From contig CM097882.1 in the NCBI GenBank assembly GCA_044892505.1, forward strand, positions 317,254,001 through 317,318,000: 64,000 nt of DNA, written 5' to 3'. Source of the stretch: Schmidtea nova (Eukaryota). Under the pieces are notes generated by a model that saw only the letters and a list, made by a program, of their open reading frames with translations, had not been told where the DNA came from and ran no database searches. Positions 24,797 through 35,134 of this stretch are shown one piece after another. Both the position numbers and the translations under genes were made by a program. Numbering within the stretch: the stretch's first letter is position 1; each line of letters starts with the position of its first letter.

Positions 24797-25788
24797 ACTT
24801 TTATATGATTTTACCAAGTAATAGTTGTCCATTAATTCATCCAGATAATCAAGCCAGTAAATTCATGATCAATTTACAAAATCCAATTTATTTACGTGGT
24901 AATTGGGAAGTTGCATTGCAAGATTTCACATTTGTATATAACAAATTTCCTTATTACAGCCAATGCAAAATTTACTACACGACAGTGACAACTGAAACTG
25001 TAAATGACTACTTTAAAGTTCAAACTAATTATGAAGATACTCAATATTTGAATGATAAAGTTGAATTACATCTAGATAAAATATATTTACATATAAATTG
25101 TGATATAACACCATTTTATTTTAAGTTTGAAAATATAGAAGATGCGAATAAATTTGGGTTTAATGAATTAAAAATCATTAGCAACAATTCAACTTATAAA
25201 ATGCTTATTCCTTCTGATTATTCATCAGAGAAAATGCATATATCAATAAGTTATGATTTAGAAACAGATTTACTTTATGAATTCCAAGACGAAATATACA
25301 TGACAAAAGTTGAAGATTTATATAATTATTTGACATTTTTCTGTTCTCATATATTTAAAGGTGTTGAAATTATTGACAATGTATTCAAATTTAAACTGAA
25401 AGATGAAGTTAAAGAAGTTATATTTGATCAAAAACTAATCAATACACTTGGATTAAAATATGAAAAATATCAAGATAGAGAAGTTAAAGGAATTCGCAAA
25501 GCCAAATTATTTAATCATCATCAACAAATGTTTATTTACAGTAACATTATTGAACCAATTATTGTCGGTGATTCTCTAGTTCCTCTACTGAAATCTGTAT
25601 GGATCGACAAATATGAACAGGATGAAGTTGTACAAATAGTAATGGATAATCCAATGTATTTACCTATTTCTACCTCATGTATAAACAATATAGAAATAAA
25701 TATCCGTGACGATAGTGGTAAATTAATAAATTTTCCAAAAGATTCAAAAACACATTTGACATTACATTTTCGTAAATTAAATGATTAA
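24793..25788 (+). CDS. Minor capsid (penton) protein
   Basis: MNFYMILPSNS..F...L..PI.L.G.WEVAL; C-terminal FIYSNIIEP..VGD...PLL..Y.P.....I..IEINIRD..G..I.F....LHF. The ATG overlaps the integrase TGA (ATGA). Confidence 0.9.
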   Translation: MNFYMILPSNSCPLIHPDNQASKFMINLQNPIYLRGNWEVALQDFTFVYNKFPYYSQCKIYYTTVTTETVNDYFKVQTNYEDTQYLNDKVELHLDKIYLHINCDITPFYFKFENIEDANKFGFNELKIISNNSTYKMLIPSDYSSEKMHISISYDLETDLLYEFQDEIYMTKVEDLYNYLTFFCSHIFKGVEIIDNVFKFKLKDEVKEVIFDQKLINTLGLKYEKYQDREVKGIRKAKLFNHHQQMFIYSNIIEPIIVGDSLVPLLKSVWIDKYEQDEVVQIVMDNPMYLPISTSCINNIEINIRDDSGKLINFPKDSKTHLTLHFRKLND

Positions 25789-26173
25789 TCCAGATATAAT
25801 TTCATTGTATAGTAATAGCCAAACTGGTGGTGAATTACCTTATTTTGCTGGTAAACAGTATGGATCAGGTTGGTTAAAAACTATAAGGCGATTTGCACTC
25901 CCAATTCTAAAGAGAATCGGTAGTTTTGGTTTAAAAACTGCCAAAGATGTCATCATGAATGATCAGAAAATATTACCATCATTGAAAACAAATGCTTTGT
26001 CTGCAATTGGTAAAGTCTTGCCTACAGTGAGTAGTATGATTCCTAATGTTGCAAGTATGTTTAATAATGATGAACCTGAACCTGAACCTGAACAAGTGGG
26101 GCCTAGACGTAAAAAACATCGAAGGTATATAAACAATCGAATGAAAGGACATGGAACTATATTTGCAAAATGA
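25781..26173 (+). CDS. Polinton virion protein with amphipathic (pVI/cupiennin-like) helix
   Basis: QTGG.LPYF.G.QYGSG followed by amphipathic WLKTIRRFALPILKRIG; basic C-terminus PRRKKHRR. Confidence 0.75.
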   Translation: MINPDIISLYSNSQTGGELPYFAGKQYGSGWLKTIRRFALPILKRIGSFGLKTAKDVIMNDQKILPSLKTNALSAIGKVLPTVSSMIPNVASMFNNDEPEPEPEQVGPRRKKHRRYINNRMKGHGTIFAK

Positions 26174-27396
26174 TTTGTGGTAAATCTGAATTATGTCTTT
26201 TTGACCGACCATCACCTCAAGCAGTTATTGAATATGGTGCATTTGAAGAAGTATTTCCCATGAATTCTATTACAGACGGTAGAAATGATGTGGAATTTTA
26301 TGTTAACGGATCTCAATCTGAATATTTGGATTTGAATGATACTTTACTAACTGTTCAAGTAAAAGTAGTAAATGCCGATAAAAAAGATTTGTCTGCAACT
26401 GTTGATGTTATACCAAACAATTTCATGTTTCATACTCTATTCAAGGACGCAATTCTTGGTTTTAATAATATCAAAATTGAAGGTGGAAACAATACATATG
26501 CACACAAGGCAATAATCGAAACTATTTTAAATTATAATAGTGATACTAAAGAAACTTGTCTTACTCCAATGGGATATGGAGAATCTGATGAGAGAAAAGC
26601 GTGGATCAAAGGCTCAAAGCTATTCACAATGTGTTCATCTCTACAACTGGATTTCATGGATCAACCGAAATATTTATTACCAGGTGTCAATATTCACATC
26701 AGATTGAAGCGATCAGATTCTGCATTATCACTATATTCTAAAAGTGGAGCACCAAAATGTCAATTAGTTGATGCAAAATTAATGATTCGTCGTGTTCGTG
26801 TTGAACCATCTGTATTAGCTGGACACCAAGTTGGACTTAACTCAAAACACGCCATTTATCCAATGAAAACCAAAGAAATAGTACAATTCGCCATTGGTAA
26901 AGGTGCATCATCTTTCTACAAAGAACAAATATTCGGCGATCGAAGAATGCCTAATTTCATTCTGGTCACATTTCAAAGTGAAACTCAATACAATGGATCA
27001 TATAATACATCTAGTTCGAAATTCAAACATTTCAATGTAACTTCCTTATCTCTATCGAAAAACACTGATTATAGAGAAACATACACTCAAGATTTTGAAA
27101 ATGATAATTATTGTACTACATATATGCAGTCGATGGTCAGAAATATGGGATATTTAGATATAAATTTGAATTTGAATTGTGGTATAACACTTGCCGATTT
27201 TAAAAACAAATACCCTTTCTTTACATTTGTTTTGGCTCCGGATTTCGATTTAAATCAAAGTCAATTACCACAAAATGGAAATTTGAGATTGGATATAAAG
27301 TTTTCTAAAGCTATTGAAGAACCAGTACAGGTAATAATATATGGAGTATTTGAAAATGAAATTCAAATTACTGCTAATCGAACAGTATTGGTTTGA
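26170..27396 (+). CDS. Major capsid protein (double jelly-roll)
   Basis: KSEL.LF..P..Q..IE.G....V.P, EF...G....YLDL, Q.KYLLPGV...I.L.R, P..ILV, G.LRL...F: typical Polinton MCP motifs. Confidence 0.93.
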   Translation: MICGKSELCLFDRPSPQAVIEYGAFEEVFPMNSITDGRNDVEFYVNGSQSEYLDLNDTLLTVQVKVVNADKKDLSATVDVIPNNFMFHTLFKDAILGFNNIKIEGGNNTYAHKAIIETILNYNSDTKETCLTPMGYGESDERKAWIKGSKLFTMCSSLQLDFMDQPKYLLPGVNIHIRLKRSDSALSLYSKSGAPKCQLVDAKLMIRRVRVEPSVLAGHQVGLNSKHAIYPMKTKEIVQFAIGKGASSFYKEQIFGDRRMPNFILVTFQSETQYNGSYNTSSSKFKHFNVTSLSLSKNTDYRETYTQDFENDNYCTTYMQSMVRNMGYLDINLNLNCGITLADFKNKYPFFTFVLAPDFDLNQSQLPQNGNLRLDIKFSKAIEEPVQVIIYGVFENEIQITANRTVLV

Positions 27397-27472
27397 GCAG
27401 AGCTCAAACATTATTGGTTTGAGCAGAGCTCAGACATTACTGGTTTGAGCAGAGCTCAGACATTACTGGTTT
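27389..27472 (+). repeat. 26-bp tandem repeat x3.2 with internal hairpin
   Basis: TGGTTTGAGCAGAGCTCA(A/G)ACATTA(T/C); the first unit contains the MCP stop codon. Confidence 0.9.
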
Positions 27473-27515
27473 AAACTATCATTATAAATGTGCAATTCAA
27501 AGTTAACAATTTGTC

Positions 27516-27915
27516 ATGGAGTAAGTTTTTATTATTTATTAAATAAATCTATTTAAATAGTTCTATTCAGATTAATCGAATTGGAAAACAATTATTGGGA
27601 AATGAATTTATTGGAGTATATCCACTAGACAAAATACCTTATTTAGATGACAATCAAGCCATAGTCGTCAATACACAATCATCTACTCTTGGTGGAGAAC
27701 ATTGGATAGCTGTAAATGTAAAACCGATCAAGATATATGCATTCGATCCATTCGGATGTTACTATCCAGGTTTATTAGTTAGTAAACTGCAAACATTAGG
27801 AAAACCTATTGAATATAATCGAATTTGATATCAAGATCCATTAACAATTACTTGTGGTCAACATTGCCTTGCATGGCTTAATTCAATGTTAAAAAGTATA
27901 AACAATGTAGTTTAA
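27516..27915 (+). pseudogene. Adenain-type cysteine protease; 40-bp intron (27521-27560); premature TGA at 27826-27828
   Basis: ATG GA|gtaag..aatag|T gives MDSIQIN..FIGVYP.D..IVVNT....GEHW..YAFDPFG; after the stop YQDPLTITCGQHC (catalytic Cys). Confidence 0.88.
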
Positions 27916-27934
27916 TAAATGTTTTTAGAAAAAA

Positions 27935-28369
27935 ATGACTTGTTATTTTATTGATATTTACGGTTATAATGATAATTGTGGTGGGAAAATTATTAAAGAA
28001 TTATGAATTAAGAATGTTAATAATATTTTTCGACCAAAATATTGGATATATAATGATGTTCCTTTTTGGGCTGAAATTGGTGAACCTGACAGATTAGAAT
28101 GGTATGAAGGGGAAGACCACTTTTGTCCAACATGTATTTTGAAAGAAATTGAAGATGTTGATGCGATTTGCTATGTGACTGATCAAGATAAACTTACTGT
28201 TTTAAAAAGATATTTTCCGTCCCTAAGATTAATTAAGTATAATATTAAGGAAGTTGAAACTTTTCCTGACAATATTTCATGCCCATATCGAGATCATACA
28301 AATTGTGCATATAAAGGGTGTTTGGTGGGGGCTTTAGATTATTTAAAAATTAATAATATGCTTAATTAA
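27935..28369 (+). pseudogene. Polinton accessory protein, degenerate DEDD-nuclease-like; premature TGA at 28004-28006
   Basis: MTCYFIDIYG...IIKEL*...LEWYEG...CPYRDHTNCA, all in one frame from ATG 27935. Confidence 0.55.
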
Positions 28370-28677
28370 TTTGAAATAAAAAATTTGCAATTGAAATGCA
28401 TAATCTCTGCGGTCATCGTGCATGAGTAATCATGTGTGTATTAATGGAAATTATAATGAGTTAGCTTGTATGTATAACATATGTGTATGATAATACACAC
28501 ACAGCTGGTAAATCCATGTTGTATGTATGCGAGCGACTCTTTTCTTCTCATAAACGATTTTCATTGGTTCAATTAATATTATGCAATATATCTTATATAA
28601 AGATATGTTTTCAATATTTTAGTCACTTTTTACCATAACCCAAAATTTCTTATTCATCATATAATCAATTATTATAT

Positions 28678-28958
28678 ATGTACAACAATATTAATAATGT
28701 TAAAAATACCAATATCAATGGATTGAATGGTAAGGATTTATTTATTTTTATTTTATTATTTTTAAACGTAATTTATTATAGGAATGTCAAGAATTAATAT
28801 GCGAAATGTTACAAATGTATCCGGAAACAATAACAATAATGTTTCTTTTAGAAACGGTAAAATTTTATTTGTATATTTATTATTTTATTTAATGTTTTAT
28901 AGAACTTTTTAATGCCCCAAATGAATCCACGACGAATTTTAATTTTAATAACAATTAA
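28678..28958 (+). CDS. Putative three-exon Asn-rich micro-gene (28678-28729, 28782-28856, 28903-28958)
   Basis: Two GT-AG introns (52 and 46 bp) join in frame. Upstream ATTGG, TATATAA (~28594) and Inr-like TAGT (~28620). Confidence 0.5.
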
Positions 28959-30043
28959 AAGTGTATCCGCGATGAATTTTAATAAGGATTCAAATACTGG
29001 ACATTTTTTAAATAATGCATCGATAAATTCCGTGATGAATGGTAGAACAAAATGTAAGATTTTTAAATTTTTATAATGTTTTATAATGTTTTATAATGTT
29101 TTTATAATATTTTACTATTAATATTTTCCCTTAATTAAATAGTATTCTCAATTAACTATGAATATATTCAATAATAATATTAGTTTTTAATAATAATAAT
29201 AATATTAGTTTTTAATAATAATAATAATATTAGTTTTTAATAATAATATTAGTTTTTAATATTAGTTTTTTAATAATAATAATAATATTAGTTTTTAATA
29301 ATAATAATAATCATAATAATATTAATAATGATAATAATTTGATAAAGATAAACTATTTTAATACAACATATTGTATATTAATTTGATAATGATAGATTAT
29401 TTTAATATAACTCATGGTATAATAATAATAATTATAATCTTAAGATAAAAATTATTTTAATAACAACTTTAACATACCATATGATAAATAACCTTTAAAT
29501 TTTAACATATTTCGTAATAGGTTTATCTTCTTAAACTATTATGTAATATGTCAAAATTTGATTAGCAACTGTCAGACTTTATACAATATCTATTAATTTT
29601 AACCTATTACATAATAGTTTTGTCTTCATAAACTATTAAGTAATATGTTAAACTTAGATTATTATTAATATATTTATTATAATATTATTGATTTAATTTT
29701 TATGATGAAAAAACAATTATGAAATAAATATTTAAAAAAATATTAAGACATTATTATGTAGATTTTTTATTTAAAAATATTAATGATATATATTTTATAT
29801 TTAAATTTGTTATGTAGGTTATAAATATCCGACTTTTTGCAATAGTATTTGCCATAACGACTGTGACGTCATTATGGAAAAATACTATCGTTATAAATAT
29901 AATTGTATAACTTACCTGTTATGCCCCGTATGCCAAAATCTTGAAACATCGACATATACTGACTTCTATGATAAACACCATATTCATTTAACTCAATATA
30001 TGCCTTCTAAAAAACCATTTTTAATACAGCTTACTCAAAAGCT

Positions 30044-33000
30044 TTGACTACAACAACAACTAACATTGAAACCAATCATGAAACCAATAGGCAAATTGAC
30101 AACAATAATAACAATACTACAATGAATGAGATTTTATTACAAAACCAACAATTGATAGAGTCAATCAATAAGTTAATAAATGTAATAGGTAGTAAAAGAC
30201 AATCAGATTTTTCAACTGATATTCCCACAAAAAAGATTAAAATAGACGAAATCATAACAATAAGTGACGACGACGACGAGTTTCTTGTAGATAATGAGGT
30301 TCTTGTAGATAATGAGGTTCTTGTAGATAATGAGGTTCTTGAAGATAACGACGTTCTTGTAGATAACGACGTTCTTGTAGATAACGAGGTTCTTGTAGAT
30401 AACGAGGTTCTTGTAGATAACGAGGTTCTTGTAGATAACGAGGTTGTAAATATTAGTGATGATGATGATGAGATTGTAAATATTAGTGATGACGAGATTC
30501 TTAGCGAGGTAGTACCCCAAATTCTTAATTGTTTTTCGGTTCAAGTAGGCTGTGGCGTAGTTGATATAGTTTCAGACTTGAATAACTCCCATGTTATAGT
30601 GAAGCTTGATGTGTCGTCTTTGAATTGTCAAACTCTTTCTGTTCCTGACGTTCTCCTTGATAAATTATTTGAAACTGTAAGTAAAATGAAATCGGTGAAA
30701 ATACAATTTTGTATTAAAGTAGAGTTTGAGAAAGATGATGAACTTCAATCTTTCGTCATCTCAAACTCTGCTCGTGTTTGGAGCGAATCTTTCATTGACG
30801 AGGGTATCTCTCTTTTAAACGAGAAAATAAGTAAAATAAATGAAAAGGGGAGTAATTTGACCATCAGAAAAATTGAATATATTAGTTTTATAGTCACAAA
30901 ATACTCTGAGATAAGTAGACTGAGTGGTCGCAAATATATTCAAACCCCCAGAACGTTAATCAGGAAAAATTGTCTAGTTAATGTAAATAACGACGATCAA
31001 TTTTGTTTTCTTTATTCGATCTTGGCCCTTATAAAATATAGCAGCACTCCCGATGAATTACGTCATCTGTCTTCATCCTATAATCTTTCCCAACTTGTAT
31101 ATGACCCGGCTGATATGCCAATGAAATTATCAAATATTTCCAAATTTGAAAGACAAAACCCAGGATATGCCATTAATGTCTTAAGTTACGACGAGAATGC
31201 CTTGAGTAATATAAGTAATAATGACACTATAATGAAACATCCCTTCATAGATATTATTTATCGTAGTAAGGTGGTAGGAGGTACTTGTTTAAATTTATTA
31301 TTATTGGAGAATCGAAAAACCTATCATTATGTCGCTATATCTAACCTAAATATATTTCTAAATTGTCGAAACTCATCAATAAGTTCAGTTCGTATTCAAT
31401 GTAAGTGGTGTCCTAGGTGTCTTAATGGATTTAGACGTGACGATAGTTTTAATAGACATATAGGTCTTTGTGATAAAAACCAATTAGGAACCACAATGTA
31501 TACTCTACCCGATAACTCTTTATTGGAATTTAGTGATTATAGAAAAACCATCACTCCTCCTTTTGTCATTTATGCCGATTTTGAGGCAATACTCCCAAAA
31601 GATGAAAGATATTATCAAAAACACTTACCCATTTCTGCTGGGCTTTTGTGTATCAACAATTATACGGGAGAAAAATTTTATAATTCTTTTATAGGGCTTT
31701 CTTGTGTAGATCAGTTTTTACGTCAAATTGAGCATATATCAAAAAAGATTGTAAGTCCCTACTACCATAAAAATTTTGACAAGAAAATTATTTTTACCGA
31801 CGATGACGCTATTAATTACAGTAACAGCACAAACTGTCATTTGTGTAATAAATTATTAGATACCCCTGTTAGAGACCATAATCACTTCACTGGTAAATTC
31901 ATTGGTGCTGCTTGTAGAAAATGTAATTTATCCAGACAAATACGACACACACTACCTGTAGTCTTTCATAATTTGAAAGGGTATGATCTTCATCATATCA
32001 TCAAATTCGGTTTGTCAAATTATAAGTCCTGGAATTTAAGTTGCATTCCGCTAACAAGTGAGAAGTTTTTAACCCTAACCGCCTATATAGATTCTTTGAC
32101 AGTTAAATTCATCGATAGTTGCCAATTTGTAAATTCTTCATTGAAAAAGGCTGTGTCAAACTTGAATTCTTTACCCTTGACGGAATCTGAGTTTAGAGGC
32201 ACTATCATAAATAGTAAAGGAATATTCCCTTATGATATAGCGACATCCCTTGATGTATTAAGATCAACATTAGAATTACCCCCAAAATGGAGTGATGTGT
32301 CCCAAGATGAGTATGATAAGGCCAAATTGATATGGCAAGAGACATCGTGTAATTCCCTTTTGGATTATATGATGGTCTACCTCAAGTTAGATGTTTTCCT
32401 GTTGGCTGACTTTTTTCAGCAATTCCGGGCTAAGAGTATTGCCCATAATAAACTTGAACCCCTTAATTTTCTTGGTATCCCCAGTCTTTCTTGGAGTTCT
32501 GCTTTGTTAAGTCTTGATAAACCTATTGTACTTCTCACCGACATGGAGATGTACAATTTCTTTGAGGGTGGGATTAGAGGTGGGATAACTTTTGTGAATA
32601 AGCATTTTGTTCGTAGTGATGAAAATACAGAGTTGTTGTACATTGACATAAACAACCTGTATGGATGGGCTTTGAGTCAAAAACTTCCCGATGGTGATTT
32701 TGAGTGGGTGACTGACGATACGACTTTAGAGAGATTATTAATTGAATGTACAACGGTAGATTTAAGTCTGCTTGATTATGGTTACACAGTCGAAGTGGAT
32801 TTACAAATACCACCATCGATTCAGGATAAGCTTGATGATTTTCCGGTAGCTCCTGAAAAGATGTGTCCACCTTTTTCTAAAGTGGAGAAGTTGCTACTTA
32901 CACATTACCCGAAAACAAACTACGTTCTCCATTGGCGACTTCTCCAAATCTTTCTTCAGTTAGGTGTTGTTGTCACAAAGGTACATAGGGCTATTAGGTA

Positions 33001-33988
33001 CACACAAAGCACAGTATTCAAAAAATATATAGACACAAACACCCAATTACGAGCATCGTCCACAACTCCGCTCGATAGAGATTATTACAAGTTACTCAAC
33101 AACAGTTTGTATGGAAAAACTGTTGAGAACTTGAAAAAACGTATGAACTTACGCCTGTGCAATTCAGCGCAAAAACTTATCACATATACCTCAAAATCGG
33201 TATTTAGGAAATCTACCAGGATAGACAGTGATTTGATTTCGGTTTTGTTTAGGAAAGAATCTATATGTTTAGATAGACCCAGCTACATTGGTCAATCAGT
33301 ACTGGATCTGTCTAAACTGAGAATGTATCAGTTACAGTATAACGACTTGCAAAAATATCGCGAGGAGTTTAACTGTCAAATTAATATAGTCGCAGGTGAT
33401 ACAGACTCTTTCTTCTTGGAGATTAAACATTGTAGTCTTGACATTCTCTTACCTGCCATGATCCGTGACTCCTTGCTTGACACATCTAACTATGACCCAC
33501 AACATGCCCTATATAGTAGAGCCCTGGATTCCGTTATAGGAAAATTCAAAGATGAGAATAAAGGGCAGAAATATAAGGAGTGGGTGTTTCTTCGTCCCAA
33601 ATGTTACAGTTTGTTAGGTGACAAAGAAACTATCAAGGCTAAGTCTGTCACATTAAAAGATAGTGGCTTAAACCATAACTCTTATCGCGATTGTTTCTTT
33701 AACAATAAGGTTTACTCTGTTCCACAATTCCGAATTACTTCCAAAAACCATCAATTGTACAGCATTAGAAACAATAAGAGGGCGCTGACAAATAGGGATG
33801 ATAAGCGGTATTGGTGTTCCAAAAACAATAGTTTGGCATATGGGCATCATCGGGTGGGGGATACTTTTATATATAACGATGATGATGATGATGAAAATAA
33901 TCGATTCCTGGACAATAACCCATTTGATGAAAACGATCAGGGTACCAGCATTCAGAATTACAATTACAGAATTCTGCATCCGCAATAG
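30044..33988 (+). CDS. polB: Protein-primed B-family DNA polymerase (pPolB) with vOTU-like and endonuclease VII domains
   Basis: ExoI YADFE, FHNLKGYD, YIDINNLYG, KLLNNSLYGK, GDTDS, LRPKCY. EndoVII CHLC..VRDHNH.TG...GAAC..CNL. vOTU-like NDDQFCFLYS...HY. First in-frame ATG at 30122. Confidence 0.96.
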   Translation: MTTTTTNIETNHETNRQIDNNNNNTTMNEILLQNQQLIESINKLINVIGSKRQSDFSTDIPTKKIKIDEIITISDDDDEFLVDNEVLVDNEVLVDNEVLEDNDVLVDNDVLVDNEVLVDNEVLVDNEVLVDNEVVNISDDDDEIVNISDDEILSEVVPQILNCFSVQVGCGVVDIVSDLNNSHVIVKLDVSSLNCQTLSVPDVLLDKLFETVSKMKSVKIQFCIKVEFEKDDELQSFVISNSARVWSESFIDEGISLLNEKISKINEKGSNLTIRKIEYISFIVTKYSEISRLSGRKYIQTPRTLIRKNCLVNVNNDDQFCFLYSILALIKYSSTPDELRHLSSSYNLSQLVYDPADMPMKLSNISKFERQNPGYAINVLSYDENALSNISNNDTIMKHPFIDIIYRSKVVGGTCLNLLLLENRKTYHYVAISNLNIFLNCRNSSISSVRIQCKWCPRCLNGFRRDDSFNRHIGLCDKNQLGTTMYTLPDNSLLEFSDYRKTITPPFVIYADFEAILPKDERYYQKHLPISAGLLCINNYTGEKFYNSFIGLSCVDQFLRQIEHISKKIVSPYYHKNFDKKIIFTDDDAINYSNSTNCHLCNKLLDTPVRDHNHFTGKFIGAACRKCNLSRQIRHTLPVVFHNLKGYDLHHIIKFGLSNYKSWNLSCIPLTSEKFLTLTAYIDSLTVKFIDSCQFVNSSLKKAVSNLNSLPLTESEFRGTIINSKGIFPYDIATSLDVLRSTLELPPKWSDVSQDEYDKAKLIWQETSCNSLLDYMMVYLKLDVFLLADFFQQFRAKSIAHNKLEPLNFLGIPSLSWSSALLSLDKPIVLLTDMEMYNFFEGGIRGGITFVNKHFVRSDENTELLYIDINNLYGWALSQKLPDGDFEWVTDDTTLERLLIECTTVDLSLLDYGYTVEVDLQIPPSIQDKLDDFPVAPEKMCPPFSKVEKLLLTHYPKTNYVLHWRLLQIFLQLGVVVTKVHRAIRYTQSTVFKKYIDTNTQLRASSTTPLDRDYYKLLNNSLYGKTVENLKKRMNLRLCNSAQKLITYTSKSVFRKSTRIDSDLISVLFRKESICLDRPSYIGQSVLDLSKLRMYQLQYNDLQKYREEFNCQINIVAGDTDSFFLEIKHCSLDILLPAMIRDSLLDTSNYDPQHALYSRALDSVIGKFKDENKGQKYKEWVFLRPKCYSLLGDKETIKAKSVTLKDSGLNHNSYRDCFFNNKVYSVPQFRITSKNHQLYSIRNNKRALTNRDDKRYWCSKNNSLAYGHHRVGDTFIYNDDDDDENNRFLDNNPFDENDQGTSIQNYNYRILHPQ
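30277..30445 (+). repeat. 18-bp coding tandem repeat (VLVDNE)n in the pPolB N-terminus
   Basis: About 9 units of GTTCTTGTAGATAA(C/T)GA(G/C). Confidence 0.9.
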
Positions 33989-34641
33989 GTAAATTTTTAT
34001 TATTATTTTTATTATTATTATTATTATTATTAATTGTAGTTTTAACAATCTTGTCAGAACATCAAATAATTATAACTTGGCAGCCAGTTTCTGAAATTTA
34101 CGAACTCGATATTCCATTTGGGTTTAAACTCTGTGATATTAGAAATATAATTTTTATTTTCAAATTGATTTTTTAATTTTGTTGTAAACTTTTTGGCAGA
34201 ANNNNNNNNNNNNNNNNNNNNNNNNNNNNNNNNNNNNNNNNNNNNNNNNNNNNNNNNNNNNNNNNNNNNNNNNNNNNNNNNNNNNNNNNNNNNNNNNNNN
34301 NNNNNNNNNNNNNNNNNNNNNNNNNNNNNNNNNNNNNNNNNNNNNNNNNNNNNNNNNNNNNNNNNNNNNNNNNNNNNNNNNNNNNNNNNNNNNNNNNNNN
34401 NNNNNNNNNNNNNNNNNNNNNNNNNNNNNNNNNNNNNNNNNNNNNNNNNNNNNNNNNNNNNNNNNNNNNNNNNNNNNNNNNNNNNNNNNNNNNNNNNNNN
34501 NNNNNNNNNNNNNNNNNNNNNNNNNNNNNNNNNNNNNNNNNNNNNNNNNNNNNNNNNNNNNNNNNNNNNNNNNNNNNNNNNNNNNNNNNNNNNNNNNNNN
34601 NNNNNNNNNNNNNNNNNNNNNNNNNNNNNNNNNNNNNNNNN

Positions 34642-35134
34642 AGAACGCGCGTTTCACGCGCGTTCAATGCGTACTGTGATTTGTCTTATACAACAAGGAA
34701 GAAGAACGCGCGTTTCACGCGCGTTCAATGAGTACAGTAATTTTTCTTAAACACACACACACACACACAAGTTATCTCTGTACAAAAAATTAGTTAGTTA
34801 GTAGATAGTATGACCATTATACTCACCCTTCAATTACCTTTTGTTTGATGTACATATTATAAGAATTAAAAAAGGTTGAAGGTTTTTGACCCTTTCAAGG
34901 TTCAGGACACTCCATAAACCTTCGAGTGTATGACCTTTGGATAGACCTCTCCAAGACCTTTCGAATGATACCATTGTTTGAAGGTTTGACCTTATTTGAC
35001 CTTTGGAAATTTGAATTTTAAATTTGAATTTTAAATTACGTCATCGATTACGCCATTAAAAAAATCGGGGGTCACGAAATATTACGTAATTATGACGTAA
35101 TTTCGATAAGTCATGCTCCTCATAACTATCTACT
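34642..35134 (-). repeat. Right TIR of Polinton (inner part lies in an assembly gap)
   Basis: Reverse complement of the left TIR. Confidence 0.9.

Larger units (their letters stand above)
18942..35134. mobile_element. Polinton/Maverick (polintovirus/adintovirus-like endogenous element), complete ends
   Basis: TIRs start AGTAGATAGTTATGAGGAGCATGAC and end GTCATGCTCCTCATAACTATCTACT. 6-bp TSD gcccaa/gctcaa with one mismatch. Encodes pPolB, RVE integrase, A32-type ATPase, adenain, major and minor capsid. Confidence 0.97.

Noticed and set aside
27389-27472. CRISPR-like appearance of a palindromic repeat
   Set aside because: Units are directly adjacent with no unique spacers, there are no cas genes, and the context is eukaryotic.
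29070-29340. AT-rich tandem repeats inside the Polinton
   Set aside because: Low-complexity slippage repeats with no evidence of function.
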